In this document: one piece after another, positions 20,328-31,695 of the stretch | Layout: each line of letters begins with the position of its first letter | How positions within the stretch are numbered: the first letter of the stretch is position 1 | Assembly (NCBI GenBank): GCA_963845145.1 | Contig: CAWJQU010000002.1 | Coordinates: 1 to 64,000 of the forward strand | Origin: an uncultured delta proteobacterium | Lineage (GTDB): Bacteria; Desulfobacterota; Desulfobacteria; Desulfobacterales; QNYZ01 | Length of the DNA stretch: 64,000 nucleotides | Direction of reading: 5' to 3' | Notes under the pieces: generated by a model | What the model saw: the letters and a program-made list of their open reading frames with translations, nothing else | What the model was told of the DNA's origin: nothing | Database searches by the model: none | Position numbers and translations under genes: made by a program

Positions 20328-23294
20328 TAATTTTTCAAACGGTCGTTATTGCGCAGGTGAATCCATTGCGAAGTCTGGGACAGCCGGGATAAAATTTTCT
20401 CAGGGATGCCGGTGTAAGGGATAACGTCGTGTTCGAATTCCTGAGATATTTTTTCCGCTGACTCCTCGCCGATACGTTCTTCTATCAAAACAATGACGGG
20501 GATATCCTTTCCGTAGTCATGCGCCTTTAATTGCCTGATGAATCTCAGATCTTGTTCATCTTTTGTTTTTAAATCCTGAATGATCAGCGCGGGGGGCTTT
20601 TTATCTACTTCTATCAAGGCGGCGGTGCCTGTCGATACCATTCGAAAATGTAAATCAGCTTGGTGCAATATCTGTTCGTAATGCCGCCTCTCTTCCGTGT
20701 CTTCACCGACAAAAAGAATCTCATTGGCGGCTGCTTGACCATTTGTATCCAGCCCGGCATTCGTTAAACATTTCAAAAGATCTTCCTTCAGAACCGGCTT
20801 TACCAGATAATCAAAAGCGCCCAGGCTGAATGCCATCGACCGGTCTTCAATAGCCGAGCAGATCACGACCGGTATTGCTTTCGTTTCCGGGCATCGCTTT
20901 ATTTCCGTAAGCACTTCCCAGCCATCCATTCCGGGCATCATCACATCAAGCAATATAAGATCAGGCACAACTGCTTTGGCTTTTTCAAGGACCATCTTAC
21001 CATCCAGGACCGAATCGACCTCGTATCCCTGATCTTTCAATATATGGACGACCCGGCTATTCATTTTTTCATCATCTTCAACGACCATGATTCGCGGCGT
21101 TTGAAAAGTACCGGTCTCCGCTTGCCTTAGCTCGAAAGAATGCCCCTTCGTGTTGATTTCATCCCCATGTCGTATCGGCAATATGAATGTAAAGGTACTG
21201 CCTTCTCCCAATTCACTTTCAACCCACATCCGTCCTCTGTGAAGTTCTACCAGCATTTTGCAAAGCGCCAGTCCCAGCCCGGTACCCCCATATTTTCGTG
21301 ATGTTGACTTTTTCTTCCTGCTGGAATGCATCGAAAATCGATTTTAGCGATTCCGCTTTTATTCCGATCCCCGAGTCACGGATTGAAATCATTAGAAAAT
21401 CATGGTCTGCGTTCGAAAGAAATTCCAGGACATCCGGCTTGAACATATCCGGCACTTGCTGGCCCACCGTTTCGGAATGAACGACTTTGGCATTTAATTC
21501 AACTTTTCCGCCTTTATCCGTAAATTTTACCGCATTTGACAATAAGTTATAAAGGATCTGCTTGACTTTTCTCTCATCCGACCTGAAGGCAGCGGGCAGT
21601 TCCGACTTTTGGACGGTGATCTCAATGCCTTTTTTAAATGATTTTTCTTTAATTATGGAAATACTATTGTCCATAATTTCCGAGATATTTACCTCGGATT
21701 CGTCAATCTCCATCTTGCCGGCCTCGACCTTGGAGAGATCAAGAATGTCATTGATCAATGCCAACAAATGTTCGCCACTGCTGAGAATATCTTCGATATA
21801 CTCTTTTTGGGTCGCATTTAACTCTCCAAAGTATTGATCGCTCAATACTTCGGAAAAACCAATAATTGCGTTTAGAGGGGTTCTCAATTCATGGGACATA
21901 TTGGCTAGAAAATCACTTTTGGCCTGTGAGGCCTCTTCAAGTTCAATATTGCTGATTTTTAATTGCGCGGATTTAAATTGCAGAACCTGGAAGGTCAGGG
22001 CATTATGGATGGCAATCTCCAGCTGCCGCATGGCATTATTTAAAAAAACGTTCGTTCCTAAGGACTCATCAGCATTAATTAAAACCAATACCCCAAGCTG
22101 ACTCTCCTGAAATGTTAGCGGATAGGTTTTCATGGTCACTTGATTCGGCCGCTGATCGCCGTTGCTAAACGGATTATCTATCTTTTTCTCAGAGATACCG
22201 TCACCGATATTTTTTATGATGGTTTCAATGGTGTCGAGACAAAAGGCGCTCATGTCAAACCCATCGAGTATGTGGGTTTTTTTCAATTTAAGCGTATGGG
22301 TTCCCTCATCGTGAAGAAAAACGGCCGCCCATTTCGATGCCGCTTGGCCGGCGATATGGTTTAAACCTTTTTCAAGAATTTCGCTCAAGTCAATGGAATT
22401 GAGAATACCCACCAGTTTACCATAGGCGCTTTGAATCTTCTGCTGCGCTACCAATTGTCTTTTTTGCTTTTCACTAATCCGCAGCTCGTCAGTCCGCAAA
22501 GCGACAAGTTCTTCCAACTCCTCCCGGCTCTTATGCAGTGCCCGGTTTCTCAGATGAATGGCCTTGTTACGGTGCTGAATTTGGACCAGCATCTCGTTAA
22601 ATCCGTCAATTAAAACACCCAAATCATCCTGGTTGGTCTTTTCCGCCCGAATGGAATAATCTTTCATTCGGGACACCTTCCCTATTGTCTCGGCCAGGGT
22701 CGCAATGGGCGCAGAAATGAGTTTTTGCATTCGAAAAGATAGAAGACCGGCGATTAAAAATGAAAGAATACCGGTAACGCAGAGGAGTAAAACAAATAAT
22801 TTAAATCTAAAAAAGTAAAGGGAGGCGTCTACATGGATGTAGACCCAACCGATCAGCTTCGCATCGAGCCGTATGGGTACGACCAGGTCCAATACCCGCC
22901 ACTGCCATTGAGAACGACTCTCGCCGGACGATAAATCGAGCAATGTATTGAGTTTTTCCCACTCAATATTTGCGATACGATCATCCGCCCGATAACTGGC
23001 AAGTAATTTACCATCTTCTAAAAAAATACATGCCTGCTGAACTGTGGGGTCGGCATTTATCGCTGACAAGATCTCATTGGCTGTATCCGGATCATTAAAC
23101 GTAATCGCTGCCGTACTATTATGGCCGACAACTTCTGCCATTGTCGATATTCTGAGCGTTGTCGTTCTTTTGAAAGCCCAAAGCGCCATACTAACCGAAA
23201 CGATCGTGGTAAACAAAACGACTAGCCCCGAAGAGATGAGCACAATGGTTCGCAACTTTCCCTTTATGGACATGTCTTTGAAAGAGCGCATCAT
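20327..23294 (-). CDS. Hybrid sensor histidine kinase (periplasmic sensor-HAMP-GAF-like-HisKA-HATPase-REC-degenerate REC); frameshift at ~21310
   Basis: [49 protein letters not shown] is restored by removing one A of a homopolymer. REC: VVEDD...LLDVMMP...KP. Confidence 0.9.
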
Positions 23295-23878
23295 TCACCT
23301 CCCGACGGTGACGGCCTATCCACGATTCGGGCCAATCGAAGTAGTTTGGAATTTAACTTCAAACCGGCCTTTTTAACCGCCTCGGTGTTGACCTCAATCT
23401 TGATGCGTTTTTTCTCCCGGACCAAATTGACCATCCCTCCTTTATCGGCAAACCCGGGTGCATCGCCCATGGTTAATATCGATCTGGCCATGGACTGGGC
23501 AATAATTGCGGGTAAATTGTCAATTCGATCTTCGCCGATGAAAAGGAGATGGCATGTGTCAAGGTCGAAAGCGGCAAGCGCATTCGCCCGCTTTATAGCA
23601 ATGGGTGTGCCATTAACCGATTCATTTTCGACCACTTTATCAATAACGTTTTCAAACAGATCATCACCCAGTAGGCAGATGCCAAAATTCGCCGACGGTG
23701 CTGAAACGGCGGACTCAGGCCACGATACAAAATGGGTCAGATTGTAGATAAAGACGGATTTTATCTTGTCATCCTCATAGGCCCCTCCTTGGGCGTAGAG
23801 ATCCGTGCCGGCCGAAAAAAACAGTGCCAGTACAATCGTTGCGCCGCAAAGCCATCTATGCAATCGAAACAATGACAT
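23291..23878 (-). CDS. YfiR/DUF4154-family periplasmic protein
   Basis: Signal peptide; KIKSVFIYNLTHFVSWP, GGMVNL, GLKLNSKLLRLA. Confidence 0.9.
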   Translation of the reverse strand: MSLFRLHRWLCGATIVLALFFSAGTDLYAQGGAYEDDKIKSVFIYNLTHFVSWPESAVSAPSANFGICLLGDDLFENVIDKVVENESVNGTPIAIKRANALAAFDLDTCHLLFIGEDRIDNLPAIIAQSMARSILTMGDAPGFADKGGMVNLVREKKRIKIEVNTEAVKKAGLKLNSKLLRLARIVDRPSPSGGE

Positions 23879-23933
23879 TATCCGTTTATCACCTTAAAAT
23901 AATTTAAAAAGGTTCATTTCGGCCGATAACATA

Positions 23934-25994
23934 TTAAAAGTGCCAGGTTGCTTTTAAATAGACACTACGCTCAACTTCCGTCGGAACGGTCGGCCAGGAA
24001 AAGGGATCGTTTTCGAGGTGACTGGATTCGATCAGGTTCTGCCCAACCAGGGCCAGCTCCAATTTGGGGGTTGGCATCCACGCCAGACGCGCATCCAGGG
24101 TGACATAATCGTCAACATCGATTTCGGGAAGTTCATCCACATAGCGCAGCCAAAGGTCCCATTCAATGTGTTTTGACAAATCCATGGTTGAACGCAGGGA
24201 GACTTGGTTGCGGGGACTGCTTCCCACCAGCCCTCTAATCTCTTCCATCTCACGTTTGGCTTCAAGCCAACTATAGGTCCCTTTCAGCTTCCACCAATCC
24301 AGCGGCTGCCAATCGGCGGCCACCTCAAATCCAAAGATTTCGGCGCTGTCTCCATTAGCCGCATTCAGCGGAAGAACAAGATGCGGAAAAGGCTGTAGCG
24401 TCATCTCCGGAGGACTGGCCGTGTCACTTAACACTTTATCGTAATCATTGTAATAACCAGTGAAATCCAAAAATAGCCTTTCCATGGCGCGAACCCGGTA
24501 ACCGATTTCGTAGGCAATAACAGTTTCAGGCTCCAAATCCTCATTGCCGCGCACCTGAATCGCCAGGGGTAATTGGCTCGGATTTCGTGGGCTACCCGGC
24601 GGTGCAACGGAGGTATTATATTGAAACCCACGCTCGCCTCTGGACATGGTTCGAACAGCCCGGGAAACCGAGGCCCAGAGCGTATGGGCATCGTTCGGTT
24701 TCACCAGCAGGCGTCCGCTGGGCTGAAACTCCAAATCGGTGAATTCGTTCTTTTCAAATTTGCTTCCCACGGTCAACCAGGCCGTATCCTTCATCAGGGT
24801 TAACCGATCCTGAATAAATGCACTAAACCGCTCCATGCGGACACTATCAGGAACCACCATCAACAAACCATCGGTAATATCATCGTGGGTGTTGCGATAG
24901 GCCATACCCCAGGTTACCTCATTGCTCTCGGTTAAGGTAAAAAGATGCTGGAAATCGATATCGAAGGTATCCCGTCTTTCTTTCAAAATCGGATGATCCA
25001 TATAGGTATGATCATAAGAAAATTGTAATGCCATTTGCGATGTTTTTGAAAACCGATGTTCCCACCGGCTCAGAACATTGCCCCCTTCACTATCAATCCG
25101 GTCGGAGACAAATCCATTATAGGGCGGTAAAAGCGAGGCATTGGAAAGGGTGATGCCCGCATCGTTTTCGTAAAGATCCCCTTGAATGGATAGCGTGTCG
25201 ATATCCGATGGTTCCCAGTCCAACCGAAATCCCCCCCGCAGGGCATCCCAATCATCATTGGCTGTCAGGCCCAGGGCATCTGCGCCCTCATCACGATCAT
25301 TATATTTGGCGTAAATGCGGAAATTGGCGTTATCACCCATACGCCCGCCATAGCGGGCGCCTCCGAAGATCCGTTCTTCGGTACCCACACCGGCTGATAC
25401 GAGACCGCCCTGTGTTTTTTCGGCCGGTTTCGTAATGATGTTGATGATCCCATTGACGGCATTGGCACCCCAAAGTGTCGCTCCGGGACCTCGAATGATT
25501 TCAATCCGGTCCACGTCCTCCAACATCATGTCCTGAACATCCCAAAAAACGCCTGAAAAAAGCGGAGAATATACGGACCGCCCGTCAATCATGACCAGCA
25601 GCTTGTTGGCAAAAACCCCTGAAAAGCCCCGGGCGGTGATCATCCAGGAGCTGGCGTTAATACGGGCCACCTGCACCCCGGGGGCCATACGTAAGGCTTC
25701 CGGAACCGAGGTCACACCACTGCGACGGATATCTTCAGCGGTAATGACAAAAACGGCGGCCGGGGCGTCAGCCAATTTTTCCGCTTTTTTCGACACGGAT
25801 GTTACTTCAACCTGTAGGAGATCTTCCAGACTGAGCGTCTTTAAATATTGAATATCTTCTTTCGATTCGTTTCCCATAGCCCAAGCGGGATTGACCTGAA
25901 AGAAAACCAATAAATAGATTAAAAATAAGGCGAGTGGTTTATATCGCCTTTTTTTATATGATCCCTTGATTAATTCGTGTCTTTTCTTTCCCAT
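23934..25994 (-). CDS. TonB-dependent outer-membrane receptor
   Basis: Plug motifs VTSVSKK, ITAEDIRRSG, RIEIIRGPGATLWGANAVNGIINIIT; C-terminal WHF; ATG 25994 has a GAAGGAG RBS. Confidence 0.93.
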   Translation of the reverse strand: MGKKRHELIKGSYKKRRYKPLALFLIYLLVFFQVNPAWAMGNESKEDIQYLKTLSLEDLLQVEVTSVSKKAEKLADAPAAVFVITAEDIRRSGVTSVPEALRMAPGVQVARINASSWMITARGFSGVFANKLLVMIDGRSVYSPLFSGVFWDVQDMMLEDVDRIEIIRGPGATLWGANAVNGIINIITKPAEKTQGGLVSAGVGTEERIFGGARYGGRMGDNANFRIYAKYNDRDEGADALGLTANDDWDALRGGFRLDWEPSDIDTLSIQGDLYENDAGITLSNASLLPPYNGFVSDRIDSEGGNVLSRWEHRFSKTSQMALQFSYDHTYMDHPILKERRDTFDIDFQHLFTLTESNEVTWGMAYRNTHDDITDGLLMVVPDSVRMERFSAFIQDRLTLMKDTAWLTVGSKFEKNEFTDLEFQPSGRLLVKPNDAHTLWASVSRAVRTMSRGERGFQYNTSVAPPGSPRNPSQLPLAIQVRGNEDLEPETVIAYEIGYRVRAMERLFLDFTGYYNDYDKVLSDTASPPEMTLQPFPHLVLPLNAANGDSAEIFGFEVAADWQPLDWWKLKGTYSWLEAKREMEEIRGLVGSSPRNQVSLRSTMDLSKHIEWDLWLRYVDELPEIDVDDYVTLDARLAWMPTPKLELALVGQNLIESSHLENDPFSWPTVPTEVERSVYLKATWHF

Positions 25995-26037
25995 TTGACC
26001 ATCTCCTTCTTCAACAAAAAATCGCCCACACACGGTA

Positions 26038-26195
26038 AGGGTTCGTGTAAAAATAAGTTCACCGTTTTAGGTGTTGAGGCGCCCGCCTGGCAAGGCGTGA
26101 AAGTGCAGGAATATCGAGATATTCCGAGCTTTTACAACGTCGCCAGGTGGGATGCATCGGCGCTTAAAATGTGAAATTATTTTTGCACGAGCCCT
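26038..26195. mobile_element. MITE-like element, 158 bp, 25-bp terminal inverted repeats
   Basis: Left AGGGTTCGTGTAAAAATAAGTTCAC versus right (revcomp) AGGGCTCGTGCAAAAATAATTTCAC, 22/25 identical; no transposase inside; partial second copy at 20267-20327. Confidence 0.78.
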
Positions 26196-26202
26196 GAGTC
26201 AT

Positions 26203-27336
26203 TTACACCGGAAGGGAGACTCTGAATGTACACCCCTGCCCTTCACCGTCACTTTCAACCCATATCCTTCCATGATGCGCTTCAATCGCCATTTTACAAA
26301 ATGAAAGCCCCAAACCGGCACTTCCCCGTCGGATACCTTCTTTTTTAAGATTTACCTGCTCAAATTTTTCAAATATTTTTTCATGGTATTCGGGGGATAA
26401 TCCATCCCCCGTATCTTTGACGCTGAGGCAAATACGCCTGTTTTCGTCAGTTGGGCTAATCTCAATTTCAACGTTGCCGCCATCGGGTGTATGCCGAAAC
26501 GCATTGTTAAGCAAATTACCCATCACCCTTTTCAAGATCCCCCAATCGCCTTTTATACAATTATCGTCTGAATTCTTTAAAAACTTTAAATTTATCTTAT
26601 TCTTTTCTGCGATCTGTTCCAACGATTCGATGGTTGTCTTTATCAAGGCATCAAGGTCGATTTCTTTATTTTCAAGGATCAGTTTTCCCTCTTCCATTTT
26701 GTGCACATCGAGAAGACCGCGAACCATCTCCTCGACGTCGGTAGTCGCCGTCATGCAATTTTTAATATAATTGCCAATCGATGATTCATTCGATTCGATT
26801 TCCAACTCCACCAGCTGTAAATTACCGGAAATCACCATAAAAGAGTTATTCAGGTCATGAATAATCATATGGGTCAAACTCTCTTTAACTTTCTCCAGTT
26901 CACGCAATTTTTCATTTTTTTGAGATATTTCTTGATAGCTCCTCACTAAATCATCCCGGTAGGATTTTATGCGCAGCAATGACTTTACCCGAACTAACAT
27001 TTCGGTACCGTCCAAAGGCTTGCTGATAAAATCATCAGCGCCCACGTCCATGGCCTTTACCTTGTGCTGCTTCTCTTTTAAAGCCGTTGCCATGATAATC
27101 GGCACGTCTTTAAATACTTCCTTCTGTTTCAACTGTTGACAGACTTCAAACCCATCCAGGCCCGGCATCATCACGTCCAATAAAATCAAGTCCGGTATCG
27201 TTTCCTCAACGATTTGCAAGGCTTCTTCACCACTTAAGGCGGTAATCAGTTCATAGTCCTCTCTCATCAAAAAGGCTTTGATGAGTTTCAGGTTGATGGG
27301 TTCATCATCAACGATCAAAATCGTCTGGTTAGGCAC
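26203..27336 (-). CDS. Receiver-histidine kinase hybrid (REC-HisKA-HATPase)
   Basis: [44 protein letters not shown] start with AAGGAGG RBS. Confidence 0.9.
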   Translation of the reverse strand: MPNQTILIVDDEPINLKLIKAFLMREDYELITALSGEEALQIVEETIPDLILLDVMMPGLDGFEVCQQLKQKEVFKDVPIIMATALKEKQHKVKAMDVGADDFISKPLDGTEMLVRVKSLLRIKSYRDDLVRSYQEISQKNEKLRELEKVKESLTHMIIHDLNNSFMVISGNLQLVELEIESNESSIGNYIKNCMTATTDVEEMVRGLLDVHKMEEGKLILENKEIDLDALIKTTIESLEQIAEKNKINLKFLKNSDDNCIKGDWGILKRVMGNLLNNAFRHTPDGGNVEIEISPTDENRRICLSVKDTGDGLSPEYHEKIFEKFEQVNLKKEGIRRGSAGLGLSFCKMAIEAHHGRIWVESDGEGQGCTFRVSLPV

Positions 27337-27403
27337 GATTGCCTCCTTTTTACCGAGGATTTCTATCATCGCCGGCATACAATAATAAAACGTAATGACA
27401 GAC

Positions 27404-27772
27404 TCAGGGCATGTATTTAGAAATTGAGTCTAAAAAATCTCGGGTTTTTATGGGCTTCGTAATGTAACCGACACACCCTGCCTCTATCGCTTTTTCCTCA
27501 TCTCCACTCATGGCATAAGAAGTAACGGCAACGATGGGCGTATTTTTTAACGCATCATTTTTTTGAAGTATTTTCGTAGCGGCCAGCCCATCCATTCCCG
27601 GAAGCTGTATATCCATAAGGATTAAATCCGGCAGAACATCACCAGCCATTTCGATACCGGTTTCCGCATCTTCAGCCTCGAATACAATGTAATTACCAAT
27701 TTCAAGAAGGCTTAAAATTAACTTCCGGTTTAACTCATTATCCTCGATGATTAAGATCTTTTTCTCTTCCAT
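27404..27772 (-). CDS. Single-domain response regulator (DivK/CheY-like)
   Basis: IIEDN, LMDIQLPGMDG, VTSYAM.GD, YITKP. Confidence 0.93.
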   Translation of the reverse strand: MEEKKILIIEDNELNRKLILSLLEIGNYIVFEAEDAETGIEMAGDVLPDLILMDIQLPGMDGLAATKILQKNDALKNTPIVAVTSYAMSGDEEKAIEAGCVGYITKPIKTRDFLDSISKYMP

Positions 27773-27778
27773 GATGCC

Positions 27779-29761
27779 TTATCCTAAGTATTGTTTGACA
27801 GGTAAAATAAAAGTAAACATCGCCCCTCTCCCAAGCCCTTGGCTTTCGCCCCACACTTTGCCGCCATGCAGTTCCACCAGTTGTTTCACAACGGCAAGGC
27901 CTAGGCCGGTCCCCTGATATTTTCTGCTGGCAGAACTATCGATCTGTTCAAACGGATTAAATATTCTTTTTAAATTTTCCACGGTAATACCTATGCCACT
28001 ATCCAACACGGAAATACAGATGTACGCCTCATGTTTTGGCCCGTCACTACCAGAAAAGGGTTTGGTTTTCAAAATAGAACCATTCTCTCTAATCAGATGG
28101 CCATCGGATTGAATCAAATGGTCGGTAAAAATTTTTATCTCTCCATTTTTGGGTGTAAACTTAACCGCATTGGAGAGGAGATTATATATGATTTGTCTGA
28201 ATTTGCGTTCATCCGCCCAAATATTTTCGGGACAGCCATTGAGGCGAATGCCGATATCGATATTTTTTTTAAGCGTTTGCTCCTGAACCATTCTCACGCC
28301 GCTATTAAGCAAAGCGGAAAGATCGATCTTTTCCGGTTTTAGCTTTAGTTTGCCTGCTTCAACTTTGGAAATATCAAGGATATCATTTATCAGTGACAAC
28401 AAATGTTTTCCACTGGAAAGTGCATCATTTAGAAACTCTTCCTGTTTGTCGGTTACCTCACCCACATGGCCATCAACAACCAGTTCCGTAAACCCGATAA
28501 TATGGTTAAGTGGTGTTCTCAACTCATGGCTCATATTCGCTAAAAATTCGCTTTTGGCAATACTGGCCTTCTCGCTTTCATCCATGGCCCGCTTTAATTC
28601 CGCCTCGGCTGCTTTTCGCTGCGTAATATCCATAAACGCACATACGATACCGTCAACGTCATTATTTTTCGAAACCATGACGGAACCTGAGAAAAGAACC
28701 GGAATTATCGTGTCATCTTTTAAACGGCAAAACCTTTCCTGGTTCCGCACACTTTCTTGCCTAATGAGAGTGGCGAGATCAATTTCAGGGCCGTCCTTCT
28801 CTACACCCAGAAACAGCCGCCCCAAGTCCATTTCCTGCAGTTCGCCCAATGAATAACCCAATAGATCGATTCCCGCTTGATTGACCAGCTCAATGTTGCC
28901 CAACGGTGAGGAGACAATGAGTGTATCATTCATATTGGATAAAATATTGGTCAGATAATCTCTGGAAATGGTTGTTCTCGCCAATTCTTCGGTCATTTGA
29001 TTGAAGGCGGCAGCCAGGTCGCTAATTTCATCATTGGTGGTTTCTCGCGCCCGCGCGGTCAAATCGCCTTTGGAAATTTTCCGGGTTGTATCGAGGAGTG
29101 AATAAATCGGCCGTGTCAATCGCCTGGCCAAAAAGTAGGCGCCGACAAGCCCACACATGAGAAAAATGATCGCTATGACGATCATACTGGAATAGAGATA
29201 TCGGATTTCATCGTTTAAGTGTTGGAGCGATAAGCCGAGTTGAAGATGCCCCCATCGTAGGCCGGAATAAACCAATGGATACGAATACCGATATACCGGT
29301 ATACCCATCAAGGCGCTATGGGCAATGGCGCCCCCTTCGCTGGATTTATCATCAAGAGCCCACTCATCCCCCGGACTTTCCTTTTGTTCCCACCCTTTTG
29401 TGGTATGAATCAAGGTAAAACCGTTTTTGCGGACAACAGCGATATAATGAATGCCGGCCGTATTTTCCAAAACGCCCATACTGTGCTCGACAATAAACCC
29501 ATAATCTTCGCCGACGACGGCATTGGCACATACCTGGCTGATGGAAGCGGACACGCTACGGGCTTCGGATTCGATGGCTTTTATAATCGCCCTTTTCTGC
29601 CTGGGTATGTAATCTACCATGTATAAAACGACCAAAAATAAGGAAAAAGAAAAAAGAAGCACAAAAATTTTGATGAACAACCCGCCTTTCCTTCTTTTTT
29701 CCTTAGGGCGAGATCGCCGTATGGGGTTGACGATATTTATGTGTCGGTTTTGGTTGTCCAT
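27779..29761 (-). CDS. Membrane sensor histidine kinase (HAMP-PAS-HisKA-HATPase)
   Basis: Two TMs, [44 protein letters not shown]. Confidence 0.92.
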   Translation of the reverse strand: MDNQNRHINIVNPIRRSRPKEKRRKGGLFIKIFVLLFSFSLFLVVLYMVDYIPRQKRAIIKAIESEARSVSASISQVCANAVVGEDYGFIVEHSMGVLENTAGIHYIAVVRKNGFTLIHTTKGWEQKESPGDEWALDDKSSEGGAIAHSALMGIPVYRYSYPLVYSGLRWGHLQLGLSLQHLNDEIRYLYSSMIVIAIIFLMCGLVGAYFLARRLTRPIYSLLDTTRKISKGDLTARARETTNDEISDLAAAFNQMTEELARTTISRDYLTNILSNMNDTLIVSSPLGNIELVNQAGIDLLGYSLGELQEMDLGRLFLGVEKDGPEIDLATLIRQESVRNQERFCRLKDDTIIPVLFSGSVMVSKNNDVDGIVCAFMDITQRKAAEAELKRAMDESEKASIAKSEFLANMSHELRTPLNHIIGFTELVVDGHVGEVTDKQEEFLNDALSSGKHLLSLINDILDISKVEAGKLKLKPEKIDLSALLNSGVRMVQEQTLKKNIDIGIRLNGCPENIWADERKFRQIIYNLLSNAVKFTPKNGEIKIFTDHLIQSDGHLIRENGSILKTKPFSGSDGPKHEAYICISVLDSGIGITVENLKRIFNPFEQIDSSASRKYQGTGLGLAVVKQLVELHGGKVWGESQGLGRGAMFTFILPVKQYLG

Positions 29762-29777
29762 CTGTTATAAAGTCTAT

Positions 29778-30725
29778 TTACTTTTTCCGGTTATTCTTTT
29801 TCAACAGGTCATACTCGAAAAGAAGGGCCTCGAGTTCAAGGATGTCCTTAGCCCGAGGCTGGGTAAGGTCATCAACCTTATACATCATCAACATCTGCCG
29901 CCCCTTTTCGGTCAGCTTCATTTTCGGTACCATGTCCTCTATTATTGTCCTTAACCGCGGATCGTACTTTTCCGAAAAAAAGGTAATAGTAGGTATCAGT
30001 TCGGGTGATTCGGCCAGGACTATTGTCTGTCGCCCGATTTGAGGATTCATCTCAACCAGGGTGCTATAAACATGCTCGGGAACAACACACGCATCCGTCC
30101 GCCCAAAAAAAACATCAAGAACGGCCCGCGACGGTTTCGCCTTCTCAAGAATGTCACTGAAAAAAAAGTCCATTTCCCGGTAACCGTTTCTCATCAGAAG
30201 AATATTTAAAAATAATCGTTCAATATCACCTGTCTTTTGCAGGGCAATTGTCTTGCCCTTTAGACCCGAAATAGAATTGATTTCCGGCTCCCGACGAACG
30301 GTGAGCAGATATTTTACGGTAATCTTCCCGTTGATGATTCCGGCAGGGCCCAATTCCGGTATTTTGCCCGTGCGATTAATGAATTTTATATAATTTAAGC
30401 TGGTTAAGGCCACGACATCCAGCTTGTGGGCTAAAAAATCTTTGGCCATTTGGTCCATATGATTATATATTATGGTTTTGGCCCGTATATTAAATTCCTC
30501 GCCCGCCCATGCCAGCCAGATATTGGTTGCCGTCACCACATCTTTGATATCTCTTCCCTGCAGCACTTTATCTTCAACACCGAAGTTAAGTCGAATCGGC
30601 TGGACGCCTTGGCTCTCGTCTGCTGCGTTAGCGGTCGCCTGAGCTGCAAAGACAAATAGACATTGGCCAATAACCAGGATTATACTAAGGCGCGTAAAAC
30701 ATTTAAAATGATATCTCATATACAC
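29778..30725 (-). CDS. PhnD/SsuA-like periplasmic substrate-binding protein
   Basis: Signal peptide; ISGLKGKTI, VLDVFFGRTDAC, EMNPQI; paralog of the next gene. Confidence 0.75.
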   Translation of the reverse strand: MYMRYHFKCFTRLSIILVIGQCLFVFAAQATANAADESQGVQPIRLNFGVEDKVLQGRDIKDVVTATNIWLAWAGEEFNIRAKTIIYNHMDQMAKDFLAHKLDVVALTSLNYIKFINRTGKIPELGPAGIINGKITVKYLLTVRREPEINSISGLKGKTIALQKTGDIERLFLNILLMRNGYREMDFFFSDILEKAKPSRAVLDVFFGRTDACVVPEHVYSTLVEMNPQIGRQTIVLAESPELIPTITFFSEKYDPRLRTIIEDMVPKMKLTEKGRQMLMMYKVDDLTQPRAKDILELEALLFEYDLLKKNNRKK

Positions 30726-30741
30726 GGGTTTTCGCCCTCAC

Positions 30742-31695
30742 TTATGGCGCCTTTTTCGATGTTTCCCATTGCTTCGTTAACTTTTCATATTCTTCATAGA
30801 GCCGTTTAAACGAATCCAGATCCGAAGCCTCCAGTTTAGCGATATCGTCCGATTTAAAGATCATCAAAAGCTGCTGCCCGTAGGTTGATTTTCCAGTTGC
30901 CGAGGCGATCTCCTTAATGTCTCTTTTTATATTTTCACCAAACGCTTTGCGGAAAAAAGTGACCGATGTGACTATTTCGGGGGACTCGGTGATCATTTTA
31001 AGCTGTTTTTTGATCTGAGGGTTGAGTTCCGACATAGTGCCGAAAGTCCAATTATCCACCAAGCAGGCATCACTTTTTTTAAAAAAAAGATCCAGGATCA
31101 TTTTGGAAGGTTTAGAGATATTACGAATGCTGGAAAAGTATTGATCAGCCGGAAGATTGTTATTCCGCAATAATAGGGTGTTGATAAAAATATAACCAAT
31201 CGTATCTGCTGGGCACATCATCAGGCGTTTACCTTTTAAATCATCGAGACCGTCTATACCTGACTGGGTATTGACCAACAGGATCGACCTTTTTGCTTTG
31301 CGTCCTTTGTAAGTGTTTGTATAGGCCAGTTCCGTTTCCACTTGGCTGGAAATTCGATAATAATCGAGCACAGAGGAAGACACCATATCCAACCGCTTCG
31401 CAGACAAGTCCGATACGATGGACTCAACATCTGAATAAAGAGTGGCTGCCGTTTTGACATTCAACGTTTTGCCAAATTCCTGGATGTATAAATTGATGAC
31501 TGCTTCGGCATCCTTTTTATCAATACTTCCAAATATAGCCGGACTAAACCCAATTCTGACAACTGATGAATCATTCTCATCCGGTTTTGATTTTGCGTGG
31601 GAGATATCCACGGGATGATAGAATTCACCCCCAAGGCCAAGTGTGAAAAAAAATGTCAGCAGGATAATTATAGCGCGCAAAAACCTCTCCTCCAT
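30742..31695 (-). CDS. PhnD/SsuA-like periplasmic substrate-binding protein
   Basis: Signal peptide; LDDLKGKRL, ILDLFFKKSDAC, ELNPQI. Confidence 0.75.
   Translation of the reverse strand: MEERFLRAIIILLTFFFTLGLGGEFYHPVDISHAKSKPDENDSSVVRIGFSPAIFGSIDKKDAEAVINLYIQEFGKTLNVKTAATLYSDVESIVSDLSAKRLDMVSSSVLDYYRISSQVETELAYTNTYKGRKAKRSILLVNTQSGIDGLDDLKGKRLMMCPADTIGYIFINTLLLRNNNLPADQYFSSIRNISKPSKMILDLFFKKSDACLVDNWTFGTMSELNPQIKKQLKMITESPEIVTSVTFFRKAFGENIKRDIKEIASATGKSTYGQQLLMIFKSDDIAKLEASDLDSFKRLYEEYEKLTKQWETSKKAP

Noticed and set aside
21290..21330. Programmed frameshift giving kinase forms with or without receivers
   Set aside because: The break lies inside the ATP-binding domain before the G2 box, in an A-run; the short product would be inactive and similar indels are common here.
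20174..26195. Composite transposon carrying TBDR-YfiR-kinase
   Set aside because: The matching ends face the cassette, the outer ends differ, and there is no transposase or clear target duplication.
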